Source: Eledone cirrhosa
Lineage: Eukaryota
Direction of reading: 5' to 3'
Length of the DNA: 64,000 nt
Assembly (NCBI GenBank): GCA_964016885.1
Contig: OZ024741.1
Span: 233,926,001-233,990,000 of the forward strand
Part shown: piece by piece, positions 37,169 to 53,259 of the stretch
Position numbering within the stretch: position 1 is the stretch's first letter
Layout of the letters: each line of letters opens with the position of its first letter
Notes under the pieces: model-generated
The model's database searches: none
Told to the model about the DNA's origin: nothing
The model's input: the letters and a program-made list of their open reading frames with translations, nothing else
Program-made: the position numbers and the translations under genes

Positions 37169-37874
37169 ACTGCTCTGTAAATCATCTGATGTTTTTACAT
37201 TGAGCTACTTAACTTACTGGTAATAAGGTAGTAATACATTACTGCCTACCACTATTTAGGGTGTGTGTAAAATACTTACAACTGCTTAAGGTTTTGTGTT
37301 TACATAACCATAAATAGTATAACTAATACTATATATATATATATATATATAATATGATATATATATATTTCATATGATATATATATATATATATTTCATA
37401 TGATATATATATATATATAATTCATATGATATATATATATATATAATTCATATGATATATACATATATATAATATGATATATATATATATTTCATATGAT
37501 ATATATATATATAATATGATATATATATATATATATAATTGTTTCTGCTTTTGGCACAGATATACATATATAATATGATATATATACATATCATATGATA
37601 TATATATCATATGATATATATATATAACATGATATATATATATAATATGATATATATAATATGATATGTATATGAAATATATATATATATGTTATATATC
37701 AATTTATATATATATAAATCAAATGATATATATATATATCATATGTTATATATACATATGATATGATATATATATACATATGATATATATATATATATAT
37801 TATTTGATATATATATATATGTATATCATATGATATATATATGTATATCATATGATACATATATGTATATCATA

Positions 37875-37910
<36 letters not shown>

Positions 37911-37953
37911 TGATATATAGGTATATCATCATCATCATGATATATATATGTAT

Positions 37954-38112
37954 ATCATCATCGTTTAACGTCCATATTCCACGCTTGCATGGGTTTGGAC
38001 GGGAGTTTTCCCACTTGAGGTAAGAGTGGTTGTCTTGCTCGCATAGGACTGTTTGGGGGGTTTTCTGCAGCTGGATGCCCTTCCTAACACCAACCACGTT
38101 TACAGTGTGGGA
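37954..38112 (-). mobile_element. Short RTE 3' tail
   Basis: CATCATCGTTTAACGTCCATATTCCACGCTTGCATGGG...GGATGCCCTTCCTAACACC. Confidence 0.85.
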
Positions 38113-38215
38113 AGATATTTATATACATATATATCATGATATATATATATATATATATATATATACCATCTGATATATAAATATATATCATGATATATAT
38201 ATTTGTATATATCAT

Positions 38216-38348
38216 GAAATCCTGACAGATAGTCCCATATGAGCGAGACACGGTCACCCGACCCGCCTTGCCTCAAGTGGGACAAATCCCGTCTTACCCA
38301 TGCTAGCGTGGAAAATTGACGTTAAACAAAGATGATGATGATGATGAT
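38216..38348 (+). mobile_element. Short RTE-type 3' tail (different subfamily)
   Basis: CCCATGCTAGCGTGGAAAATTGACGTTAAACAAAGATGATGATG. Confidence 0.78.
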
Positions 38349-38997
38349 ATATCATATGATATGTATGTATATCATGATATATATATATCATATGATATGT
38401 ATGTATATCATGATATATATATATCATATATGTATATATATCATAGGATATATATCATACAATATATATATATATTATATGATATATATCATACAATATA
38501 TATATATATTATATGATATATATCATACAATATATATATATATTATATGATATATATCATACAATATATATATATCATACAATATATATATATCATATGA
38601 TATATATATATATTATGTGATATATATATATATTATATGATATATATATATATTATATGATATATATATATATATTATATGATATATATATATATTATAT
38701 GATATATATATATATATTATATGATATATATATATTGTATGATATATATATATATTATATGATATATATATATATTGTATGATATATATATATATTATAT
38801 GATATATATATTATATGATATATATATATGATATATATATATATGATATATATATATTATATGATATATATATTATATGATATATATATATTATATGATA
38901 TATATATATATATTATATGATATATATATATATTATATGATATATATATATATTATATGATATATATATATATCATATGATATATATATATATCATA

Positions 38998-39033
<36 letters not shown>

Positions 39034-40045
39034 TATGATAAATATATATATATATATTATATATATATATCATATGATAAATATATATATATATATTATA
39101 TATATATATCATATGATAAACATGTATATATCATATGATATATATATATATATATCATATGATATATATATATATATATCATATGATATATATATATATC
39201 ATATGATATATATATATCATATGATATATATATATCATATGATAAATATATATATATATCATATGATATATATATATATTATACGATATATATGTATATT
39301 ATACGATATATATATATATTATACGATATATATATATATATCATATGATAAATATATATATCATACGATATATATATATATCATGATATATATATATATC
39401 ATGATATATATATATATCATGATATATATATATATATCATATGATATATATATAAATCATATGATATATATATAAATCATATGATATAAATATATCATAT
39501 GATATAAATATATCATATGATATATATATATATCATACGATATATATATATATATATATATCATACGATATATATATATCATACGATATATATATATATT
39601 TATCATACGATATATATATATATATATATATCCTATGATATATACATATCATATGATATATATATATCCTATGATATATATATATCCTATGATATATATA
39701 TATCATATGATATATAAATCCTATGATATATATATAAATCCTATGATATATATATATATATCCTATGATATATATATATATCCTATGATATATATATATG
39801 TATATATATCCTATGATATATATATATATCCTATGATTAATATATATATATATATATCCTATGATATATATATCATATGATATATATATATATATATATC
39901 CTATGATATATATATATATATATCCTATGTGATATATATATATATATATATATCCTATGATATATATATATATATATCATATGATATATATATATATCAT
40001 ATGATATATATATATCTCATATGATATATATATATATATCATATG

Positions 40046-40080
40046 ATCATCATCGTTTAACGTCCATGTTCCACGCTTGC
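40046..40080 (-). mobile_element. 35-bp RTE 3' tip
   Basis: ATCATCATCGTTTAACGTCCATGTTCCACGCTTGC. Confidence 0.75.
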
Positions 40081-40096
40081 TTATATATATATATCA

Positions 40097-40133
<37 letters not shown>

Positions 40134-40278
40134 GATATATATATATATATATATATCATATGATATATACATTTATATCATATGATATATACATTTATAT
40201 CATATGATATATACATTTATATCATATGATATATACATTTATATCATATGATATATATATATATATATATATAGCATA

Positions 40279-40312
<34 letters not shown>

Positions 40313-40394
40313 CATATGATATATATATATATATAGCATATGATATATATATATATATATATATAGCATATGATATATATATATATAGCACATG

Positions 40395-40427
<33 letters not shown>

Positions 40428-41076
40428 GCATATGATATATATCATATGATATATATATATATTTATATATATATATATATATATAGCATATGATATATAT
40501 ATATATCATATGCTACATATATATATATCATATGATATATAGATATTTATATCATATGATATATAGATATTTATATCATATGATATATATATATTTATAT
40601 CATATGATATATCTATATTTATAGCATATGATATATATATATTTACATCATATGATATATCTATATTTATAGCATATGATATATCTATATTTATAGCATA
40701 TGATATATATATATTTATATCATGATATATCTATATTTATAGCATATGATATATCTATATTTATAGCATATGATATATCTATATTTATAGCATATGATAT
40801 ATCTATATTTATAGCATATGATATATCTATATTTATAGCATATGATATATCTACATTTATAGCATATGATATATCTACATTTATATCATATGATATATCT
40901 ATATATATATATGATATATCTATATATATATATGATATATCTATATATATATATGATATATCTATATATATATATGATATATCTATATATATATATATAT
41001 AGCATATGATATATATATATTTATATCATATGATATATATATATAGCATATGATATATATATATATATATCATATG

Positions 41077-41110
<34 letters not shown>

Positions 41111-41114
41111 TATG

Positions 41115-41146
<32 letters not shown>

Positions 41147-41180
41147 TATGCTATATATATATATATATATATATCATATG

Positions 41181-41212
<32 letters not shown>

Positions 41213-41216
41213 TATG

Positions 41217-41248
<32 letters not shown>

Positions 41249-41320
41249 TATGCTATATATATATATATATATATATATATCATATGCTATATATATATAT
41301 ATATATATATATATCATATG

Positions 41321-41352
<32 letters not shown>

Positions 41353-41496
41353 TATGCTATATATATATATATATATATATATCATATGCTATATATATAT
41401 ATATATATATATATATCATATGCTATATATATATATATATATATCATATGCTATATATATATATATATATATCATATGCTATATATATATCATATG

Positions 41497-41528
<32 letters not shown>

Positions 41529-42218
41529 TATGCTATATATATATATATATATCATATGCTATATATATATATATATATATCATATGCTATATATATATAT
41601 ATATATATATCATATGCTATTTATATATATATATATATATATCATATGCTATTTATATATATATATCATATGCTATTTCTATATATATATATCTAGCTAT
41701 CATATGCTATATATATATATTATATATATATATCTATATATAATATATATATAATATATATATCTATATATATATATATATATATCATATGCTATATATA
41801 TATATCATATGCTATACTATATATATATCATATGCTATATATATATATATATCATATGCTATATATATATCATATGCATATACTATATATATATCATATG
41901 ATATATATATATATATATCATATGATATATATATATATATATATCATATGATATATATATATATATATCATATGATATATATATATATATATATATATCA
42001 TATGATATATATATATATATCATATGATATATATACATATATATATGATATATATATATAATATATATATATTATATCATATATATATATATATATATCA
42101 TATGATATATAGATATATATATATATATCATATGATATATAGATATATATATATATATCATATGATATATATATATATATATATATATCATATGATATAT
42201 ATATATATATATATCATA

Positions 42219-42252
<34 letters not shown>

Positions 42253-42376
42253 TATGATATATATATATATATATGATATATATATATATATATGATATAT
42301 ATATATATATGATATATATCATATGATATATATATATATATATATCATATGATATATATATATATATATATACATA

Positions 42377-42416
<40 letters not shown>

Positions 42417-42450
42417 TATGATATATATATATATATTATATATATCAATA

Positions 42451-42486
<36 letters not shown>

Positions 42487-42682
42487 CATATGATATATAT
42501 ATATATATATAGCATATGATATATATATATAGATATAGAGCATATGATATATATATATATAGCATATGATATATATATTATATATATATATCATATGATA
42601 TATATATATATATCATATGAAATATATATATATCATATGACATATATATATATATCATATGATATATATATATGATATATCA

Positions 42683-42726
<44 letters not shown>

Positions 42727-43094
42727 TATGATATATAGTATATATATAGTCATATGATATTATATATATATATATATCATATGACATATATATATATCAT
42801 ATGACATATATATATATATATATATATATCATATGATATTATATATATATATATATTAGTATATATATATCATATGACATATATATATATATGTATTATA
42901 TATATCATATGATATTATATATATATATATATATATATATTATCATATGATATTATATATATATATCATATGATATAATATATATATATCATATGATATA
43001 TATATATATATATCATATGACATATATATATATATATCATATGACATATATATATATATATCAATGACATATATATATATATGTATATATCATA

Positions 43095-43128
<34 letters not shown>

Positions 43129-43941
43129 TGATATATATATATATATATATCATATGATATATATATATATCATATGATATATATATATATATATATATCA
43201 TATGATATATATATATATATATATATATCATACGATATATATATATATATATATATATATCATACGATATAGTATATATATATATCGTACGATATATATA
43301 TATATATATCGTACGATATATATATATATATATATCGTGTACGATATATATATATATATATATCATACGATATATATATATATATATATCATACGATATA
43401 TATATATATATATATCATACGATATATATATATATATCATATGATATATATATATATAGATATATCATATGATATATATATATATACTATATATATCATA
43501 TGATATATATATATATATATATATATATCATATGATATATATATATATATATATATATCATATGATATATATATATATATATATATCGTACGATATATAT
43601 ATATATATATATCATACGATATATATATATATATATATCATACGATATATATATATATATATATATATCATACGATATATATATATATATATATATATCA
43701 TATGATATATATATATATATATATCATACGATATATATATATATATATATATATCATATGATATATATATATATATATATATCATAGATATATATATATA
43801 TATATATCATATGATATATATATATATATCATATGATATATATATATATATATATCATATGATATATATATATATATATATATATATCATATGATATATA
43901 TATATATATATATCATATGATATATATATATATATCATATG

Positions 43942-43976
<35 letters not shown>

Positions 43977-44156
43977 ATATATCATACGATATTATATATA
44001 TATATATATATCATACGATATATATATATATATATATATACATACGATATATATATATATATCATACGATATATATATATATATATATCTATCATACGAT
44101 ATATATATATTTATATATATATCTATACGATATAATATATGTATATATATATCATA

Positions 44157-44209
<53 letters not shown>

Positions 44210-44629
44210 ATACGATATATATATATATATATATCATACGATATATATATATATATATATCATACGATATATATATATATATATATATATATCATACGAT
44301 ATATATATATATATATATATCATACGATATATATATATATATATATATCATACGATATATATATATATATATATATATCATACGATATATATATATATAT
44401 ATATATATATCATACGATATATATATATATATATCATACGATATTATATATATATATATATATCATACGATATATATATATATATATATATATCATACGA
44501 TATATATATATATATATATATCTATCATACGATATATATATATATATATATATCTATCATACGATATATATATATATATATATATATATATCATACGATA
44601 TATATATATATATATATATATATATCATA

Positions 44630-44669
<40 letters not shown>

Positions 44670-44671
44670 TA

Positions 44672-44705
<34 letters not shown>

Positions 44706-44775
44706 TACGATATATATATATATATATATATATATATCATACGATATATATATATATATATATATATATATCATA

Positions 44776-44809
<34 letters not shown>

Positions 44810-45116
44810 TACGATATATATATATATATATATATATATCATACGATATATATATATATATATATCATACGATATATATATATATATATATATATCATAC
44901 GATATATATATATATATATATCATATATATCATATGATATATATATATATCATATATATCATATGATATATATATATATATATCATGATATATATATATA
45001 TATATATATCATGATATATATATATATATCATATATATCATATGATATATATATATATATATATATCATGATATATATATATATATATATATCATGATAT
45101 ATATATATATATATCA

Positions 45117-45158
<42 letters not shown>

Positions 45159-45331
45159 TATGATATAATGATATATATATATATATATATATATATCATA
45201 TGATATATATATATATATATATCATATGATATATATATATATATATATCATATATATTATATGATATATATATATATATATATCATATATATTATATGAT
45301 ATATATATATATATATATCATATATATTATA

Positions 45332-45365
<34 letters not shown>

Positions 45366-46466
45366 TACGATATATATACATATATATATCATCGTATATT
45401 ATACATATATATTTAATCTACATATCATGTAATACATATATTACATGGACGTGATCTAAGGACTGTAACATAATATGACATGTGCGATATGCATGTGAAG
45501 TTGGTACTATGAAACCATGGTGTCAAACAAAACAGCACCGCCTCGGTGGCTTACTGACATCAACAAGAAAACGGACAGAAAGCTTCTCGTTATTTTAACG
45601 ATTACTGGAACAGTTATTGCAGTTGCCCAGCAAAATATCGCCAAACGTTGTCCGAAACGTTTCCGTGTTTTATAATTATACGATACAAATAATAAAAATA
45701 CATCCTATATGTGTATGTATGTGCATATATACATCCATACAAATATAGTGTATGTGTGCTGCACCACTGTACAGCAGTTGCCAAAACTGGACCTGGAAAC
45801 TTAAGGTCGCGTATACATGTTAAACGTATGAAACCGAATATATGCATACATATATACGTGTGTGTGTATACACTCAGGGAAATATCATATGTATATATAC
45901 GATACATACATATATGTATGTGCAATAAATATATATCACATACATCTATATGATAATATAATATATACATAACATGAAGCATCATCTGGGTTTTCACTTG
46001 AATTAAATATATATATATATGTACGCACAGACGTATATATTAGATAATTTCTTCAATAATAATCAGTAACATTAACGACCAATATTAAATTAGTAATAAT
46101 CCTAAACAGATTACAACTACTACTGCTACTAATAAGACCGGTGATATTTAATAATAATTAATATAGTTGACAATAACAATACTAATTATAATCAATAATA
46201 ATAATAGAAATAATAAATAATGATAACAATATTGGTAATAAGAATTAATAATAATTACATAGTAAGTAATAATGGTGACAATAACAATATTACTTACTAG
46301 CAATAAAAACCAATAATAAAAATAATAAATAAAATTATTATTCTAATTATTATTTTTGCAAAAATAACAATAAAACAATAATGATAATGATTTCTTTCTT
46401 TATTTTTTTTATATGTATATATATATACACACAATTCAGCTATACATATATATGTTATATATATAT

Positions 46467-46504
<38 letters not shown>

Positions 46505-47318
46505 ATATATATATATATATATAACAATAATAATAATAATAATTAGGGACAAACCTGGTCATCAGCAGCAGCAGTAGAGTTACTAAGTAGAAAGATAGAG
46601 AGAGTGAGAGAAAGAGAACATAAATAAATATATGTATGTATGTATATGTGCATAAATACATACATACATTTATTTCTATACGTACGTGTGTGTAAGGCGT
46701 CTTATGTACATATATATAGCCTCATATATGTATCTGTCTCTATTTATGTGTATATAGATATGTGTTTAAATATGTGTGTGTGTGTGTATGCATATGTAGC
46801 TTTGTACATGTATCTATATATATGTATGTATCTAGATACATATATGTATTTACATATGTATATGTATGTATACGTATGTATATATATATATATCTATATA
46901 TAGATATCTATATATATATATATTTATATATATGTATATAGAGATAGATAGATAAGTAGGGTAGAGGGAGTTATGAAGATTGAAGTCAGACGTAGACGAT
47001 GTCGGTCGTGTGAAAGAGGGAGGAGCGAGCAAGAGAGAACTAATGAAAGAATGAGTAAGTCGATAAGAGGGGGAAATACAGAAAGACCGGGAAGCATAAA
47101 GAGAGTGAAAAAAGAATTGCGGGGTAACGTCGGAGGGAGGGGAGTGATAATTACAGAAGAGCATTGGTGAGAGGTAAAGCAAAGAGTAAGAGAGGGGCAT
47201 GAATGAAGGGGGGATTGATGGGAGTGGTAGATTTGGTGAACAATGTTGGCCAAACAGAGGGGAAGAGAGTGAGTAGCTCTATTAACAATGAGAGGGGGAG
47301 AAATGCGTACACACACGT

Positions 47319-47360
<42 letters not shown>

Positions 47361-47469
47361 GTGTGTGAGATGCTTATTTATAAATTTATATATTATATGT
47401 TTAAATACATAGATATATGTATTTATAGTACATACATGCATGTATACTGACATTTACATCGATACACAC

Positions 47470-47504
<35 letters not shown>

Positions 47505-48090
47505 CATCTTGTAGTACAAACGACAGACACATATATATATATATATATATATGTGTGTGTATGTGTGTTCTTATGAATGTGTTTTTGGATATAAATGTTT
47601 GCCGTGAATTAAAACGTGGGACGGCGGCTGCAGAGTAGAAGAGCCAGCTAACAACGCTTATGCGGCTGTCTCTCTCTCTTCATTTCTATTCTGCGTATGC
47701 GTTCTCCTGGACGCCATTGTGTAAAAGCAGTGAGAGTAAGGTTACAGTGACTGGGCTGAGAGACAGGAAGCCATTGACAAAGAAGCAGAAAGTAACAGAC
47801 AGTCAATGATTGTGAGGGTGAGGGATAACTTAATAAAGAGAAGGAAAGGAAACAAAGAGAGTATCGTAAAAGAGTGAATAGAGAACTGGGAGGAGGAAGT
47901 ACCAGCGAAACACTGGCTAAAATGGCGCCTGGTTGTTGTAAAGAGAGAGGTGGAGGAGCAGGACAAACAGACAGACTGGCCAGCTCAATTGATCTCCCCC
48001 ACCCACTACTATCGATCACACATGTGTATGTCTATCTATAAGTATTCGTATGTATATATACATACATAGGTGTATATATATTATATATTG

Positions 48091-48177
48091 TTTCTACTTT
48101 AGGCACAAGGCCAGCAATTAAACAGTGCATTACTGGTACTTTATTTTATCGACCCCGTAAGGATGAAAGGCAAAGTC
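48091..48177 (-). mobile_element. Fragment of an octopus-type SINE (OR/OK-like)
   Basis: TTTCTACTTTAGGCACAAGGCC...ACTGGTACTTTATTTTATCGACCCCGTAAGGATGAAAGGCAAAGTC resembles the octopus SINE consensus as I recall it. Confidence 0.65.
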
Positions 48178-48471
48178 AATTATATATTCTCACTTAAATA
48201 TGCAGGTTTAAATTACGTGAACATATTTCTATATATACACACACAAATATATATATATATATGTGTCCGATGGTGTATATGAATATGAGACATGTTTAAA
48301 GGTCATTTCTATTTTACACGCACACCACCGTACAAGTATATATATACACTTGTAAATATCCATTTATATACATACGGTACACATATTTACTAGAGTAAAA
48401 GACCCATGTCTAGACATATTCTTGTAATCGTATGCGTTTATTTACCACTATACTATACCAATGCACTATAA

Positions 48472-48512
<41 letters not shown>

Positions 48513-49020
48513 AGTGTATGCATATATATCTATATGTGTGTGTGCGTGCATGCATATGTTTATGTGTATATGTATTTATATAATTATGTGAGGACATTAT
48601 ATATATAGCTATAGATATGAATGAGTGTCTTCGCCGACTGTGTTTAAGAAGTGGGAACGTTAGCCTATAGTAGTGGTGGACATTAGGTGGAAGTAAAGAA
48701 AGTAGGCAGAAGTAAACTAGACAGAGAGAAGTGGGGTAGCGGCGGGATGGACAGACGTTCACTAATACACACACACACACGCACACGCACAGACTGACTG
48801 GCCGACATTGCGGAAACTGTTTGTTGGCCATCGAACAAGCAGCTTCGAGTGTCTGTCTTTCGTTGATAGACCGACACAACCGACCAGACGGGACTCCATT
48901 GGAACAGGACACAGACTAGAGGCCATCTTACATAGACACACACTTACATATACGAGGAACACAAACTCAGTTTCTTACACACATACACGCCGTCATTCAC
49001 ATACTTTGATACACACGTCT

Positions 49021-49079
<59 letters not shown>

Positions 49080-49082
49080 CAC

Positions 49083-49115
<33 letters not shown>

Positions 49116-50300
49116 CGCGTAAGCACTTTTATAACGTGCATACATAAACAGTTACACATGTACATATAAAACAAACTCTTCACAGTGTGTGTGTGTATAT
49201 ATATTCTTTAATATCTTTTCCACACATAAATGATATACATATTTCAACTCTTGTCACTATGTTACACAAGTAAATACGCTCACAACTTTAAACATCCATC
49301 CCTCTCTCTATACACACACATTCACTGTTTATATATAAATATGTGTATAAAACGTTGACAGCAAGAGGTGAGTTAGTTTACTCCATCTTATGACATGACA
49401 TACTTGGAATTGTTACTACATCCACACCCTCTACTCTCATCCCACCTCTCTACCCAATTTTAATTACCCACAACGTCCCACCCACCTTAATTTCTCACCC
49501 CTTCACCACTTGTATCCACTGTTTTGATTTTGTCTTTTCCTTCGTTTATTTCCACCTGTCTTCCCCAAAATGTCTTGATCTGTATATGCATACAACAAAC
49601 ATCTCTGCATATATATATAATATTCTACTGGTTTCAGTCATTGGATGTTAGCCATTCTAGAGCACCAAATATATGTATATATGGCGGGGTAGACAAATAT
49701 AGAAATAGATATTGATAAAGACAGGGATCATTTAAAGGGAAATGGTGGGGGCTCGTTCGATTATAAGTATGTATGGTTGAATAATTTAAGGAGGAAGTAA
49801 TTGTGAAATCAGGTGTGTGTTGGCAATATCTTTATAACTCCTTCCGGGTGTTCGAATTGTAGTAACTACCGTGTCTAAGAGGGCGTGTGTATGTGAGAGT
49901 GGCAGATGGAAAACTTAGAGAGAACAACGCACACCACCACATATATACATGCTTACGTGTGCATCAACTAGAAAACATCGATGTGGTCCTTCAGTCGCCA
50001 AATCATACCCCACCATCATAAACTAATTGGTATGCAAGTTGTTCATTCTACGATACTTAAAAAGATGGGTTGGTCATGTCGGGAACATCTTCAGTTACAG
50101 GTATGATATATATATGTATATATATATATATGGATTTTTATATCTTATTTCTAAGGAATAAAATAAAAAAAATCCAGCTGTTAGAATTTGTATCTGTGCA
50201 CAATTCTACAAATTGTTAACTATATACATACATGCATATATATATATATACACACACACATACACATACATACATTTTATATATGTGTATGTATATATGT

Positions 50301-50331
<31 letters not shown>

Positions 50332-51199
50332 CATGTGTGTGTGTATGTATATATGTATGTGTGTGTATGTTGTCGCTCCAGAGTCTTATTGGTAAGATGT
50401 AACAATACAACCTATCGCATGGCCGGGTGGTCGGCGACCAAACCGGCAGCCCCACCAAGTCTGGTTGGTGGGGAGAGTGAATTTGGACACCCTGTAGGAT
50501 AAAAAGCAAAACCTAACAGAGCAAGGGAACTCATGGGAGTTAACGGCCATCCAATATCGTATGTATCGTGGGGGGGGGGGGGGGGCTTTCTCCCGTGTGT
50601 ATGTGTAGGGATACATATAAGTAAACAAAAAATGTTTAACTTTTAAATATTTCTTTTTATCTTATTTATTTATCTGGAAAAGCCTGCAGTTGATACAGCT
50701 AACCAATCTTTTTTTCCTGCAAGGAGGACACTGGAAAAACTTGCAGTTGATACAACTACCAATCATCTTGCACCTGCTTGTCATTGGATTCTGGCTGATA
50801 ATAAGAGAGCTGCATGTGTATAGCATAAGCACATGCTGCTTTGATCTCCTTGTGCAAATATCTCCTCAAAGTCCTGCGGCAATGGGGAAGCAGTGACGTA
50901 TACAGACCTAACAAGCTGGAAGTATGTAGTTGTTAATCTACCCGAAGGCAGCGTAAGGCTTAGCTAATGCCGTTGCTAGTTTTTTTTAATAGGAAGTGGC
51001 TTGGGCTGAGTCTTTTGTGACTTAGCAGCCCTTTGAATGCAGAACACTGCATATCCAAATCTTGGTACAAGTCTAGAAAAGATGACCCCAAACATTGTTC
51101 CATGATGAAGCTAGTCAGCTACCTGTGGCTGATGGCTGTTCATACTAGCAGGAAAAACAAGAAGAATAGTAATTTTCAGAAGAATTTTTAAAAGAATAG

Positions 51200-52830
51200 A
51201 ATTACATTGAATGTTGTTACATGAAATGTTAGAACACTTCTTGACAGGAAATCATCCACAAATCCAGAAAGCTGAACTGCTATTGTTGGCTAAGAATGAG
51301 CAAATATAATAATCTCTGAAACCCGTCTTAGTGGTGAAGGTCATCTACTAGAGGGGTGCTGGTTATACATTCTACTGGAAAGAAAAGAAATGGAGGAGTA
51401 GGTTCTGCTGGAGCAATCACAAGGCATTGGTAATCTTATTATGCATCTGAGAGTTCCTCCTTCAATGGAAAGTTTCATGACAGTCATTTCAGTCTATGGA
51501 TAGTAGCCAGGAATCAATCATGGCTTTTTACCAAGATTTACCAGGGTGCATGACATTGATTCCAGAATCGGACAAGATCTTGCGTCTTGAAGATTTCAAT
51601 GCATATGTGGAAAAGGACAACCACATCTGGAGTATTTTAGGACAAGGTATGGGCAAGATGAATGCCAATGGACTTCTCCTTTTGCAATTATGCACAGTTA
51701 GAGCTGGTCATGTGCAAAACGTTTTTTCAGCAAAAGGAGATCAACAAGGCAACATAAATACACCTGAGATCAAAACATGGACATATCTTGGATTATATCA
51801 TCACCAGGAAGAGGGACCTCCAGAATATTTGTTCATTCTGGTGCAGAATGTGGTACAGACCACAAGCTTGTACATGGCAAAGTGTAAGTGCAGATCAGAG
51901 GAAAAGTGAGGGCAACAGGGGTACAAGTGCCAAAGTTTAGAAATGCAAGATGCTCTTCATAATATACTTGACAACATTGTCATTGATGGAACTTGGGAAC
52001 AGGTTTACAGTGCTGGAGTTGATGTACTTGGTCTTAAGACAAAACACAGAGACTGGTTTGATGATAATGATGCTATAATTTCCATGCTCATTGAAAAGAA
52101 CAAGAAGCTGTCTGAGAAGTGTCTTGTTGCTGTGGGTCCAATGAAGACCACTTTTGAGAAGGCCTTCAAAGAAGCAAAGTCAAAAGGCCATTAAAACTCG
52201 AAAGATAAAGAATAACTAGTGGTCTGAAGTTTCAGCAGAGATACAGAGAGCTTATAACTGAGGAGACTTGAAATCCTTATATAGCACAATAAAGCAAGTT
52301 TTGAGCCCACAACCCTAAAAAATTGCACCATTGAAGTCAAAAGATGGGAACCTCTTCATCAAATATCCAGCAAGAATCATGAGTCAGTAGACGGGGCACT
52401 TTAAAGATCTGTTTGATAACCCATCTGTAGTTGATGAGGAAATTATTAATGGAGTGCCACAAAAAGAGACTGTGACAGAGATGATGAATGATCCAACCAT
52501 AAAAATAGGGAAATCTCCAGGTTTGGATGAAATACCTGCTGATTCACTTTGGAGGAGACTGTTGTTATGGCTATTCATGGGCTAGTTTTATCTGTATGGC
52601 ATGGTGAGCCTGTCTCACAAGACTTCGTAGATGCAATTTTGCTATCAATTTACTAGGGCAAGGGCTTCAAGTTTGAATGCAGTGATTATCATGGAATATT
52701 AAAAAAACTCCAAAATATGAAGGCAAAATTTCAATGGAACAATTTCAGAGTCAATTTCACTAGAAAACAGTATCAAGTAGGGCAACATTCCTGCACCCAA
52801 ACTGTTCTCCATCTACTTTGCCATGCTGCT
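51200..52830 (+). pseudogene. Old decayed RTE-clade LINE: APE endonuclease to start of RT
   Basis: Remnant motifs LNVVT*NVRTLLD, SETRLSGEG, GAGYTFYWKG, DFNAYV, LDYIIT, KHRDWFDDND and KSPGLDEIP, with many stops and frameshifts. Confidence 0.8.
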
Positions 52831-52839
52831 GACATGTTC

Positions 52840-53215
52840 TCTACAGTGTGTGCCACAAAATCTGCATCATGTAGACCCTTATGCAGACTCCTTTAATTTT
52901 TCATGTCGCACATGAGAATTTTCAAATTCCTGTTTTCCATTAAACAGTATTTTCCTACAAGATGATCGATCTAAGGCAATATCTTCCTAGTTATCTTCTC
53001 TGATGTTTGACTTTATTAAAGCTCTTTTGATGCAGTCTTTATACCTGACTGTTGGTTTATGCCTTGGCTATTTGCCTTTAACTAACTCTCCATATAGTAA
53101 CTGCTTAAGAATATAATGAACTGGCATTCTTATAACATGGCTGCGCCAGTGCAATCTATATTGGATTATGAGAGAATGAATGCTTTCAAAAGGACTTTGT
53201 TCCAGCACTTCAACA
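52840..53215 (-). pseudogene. Decayed RTE-clade C-terminal fragment
   Basis: QYRLHWRSHVIRMP...KQLLYGELVKGK...RYKDCIKRAL...IALDRS. Confidence 0.75.
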
Positions 53216-53259
53216 CACACATACATATGTATATATATGTACATATGTATGCATACGTA

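Larger units (their letters stand above)
37330..45420. repeat. (TA)n satellite with ATCATATGAT, TCCTATGA, AGCATATGA/TCATATGCT and TCATACGA block variants
   Basis: Direct inspection; contains three short RTE tail pieces. Confidence 0.95.

Noticed and set aside
26277-45420. CRISPR-like regular repeat spacing
   Set aside because: Spacers are only variable-length TA runs, the context is eukaryotic and there are no cas genes.
51200-53215. Twin-priming inversion of one RTE copy
   Set aside because: The fragments converge (tail to tail), unlike twin-priming geometry; more likely separate copies or a later inversion.
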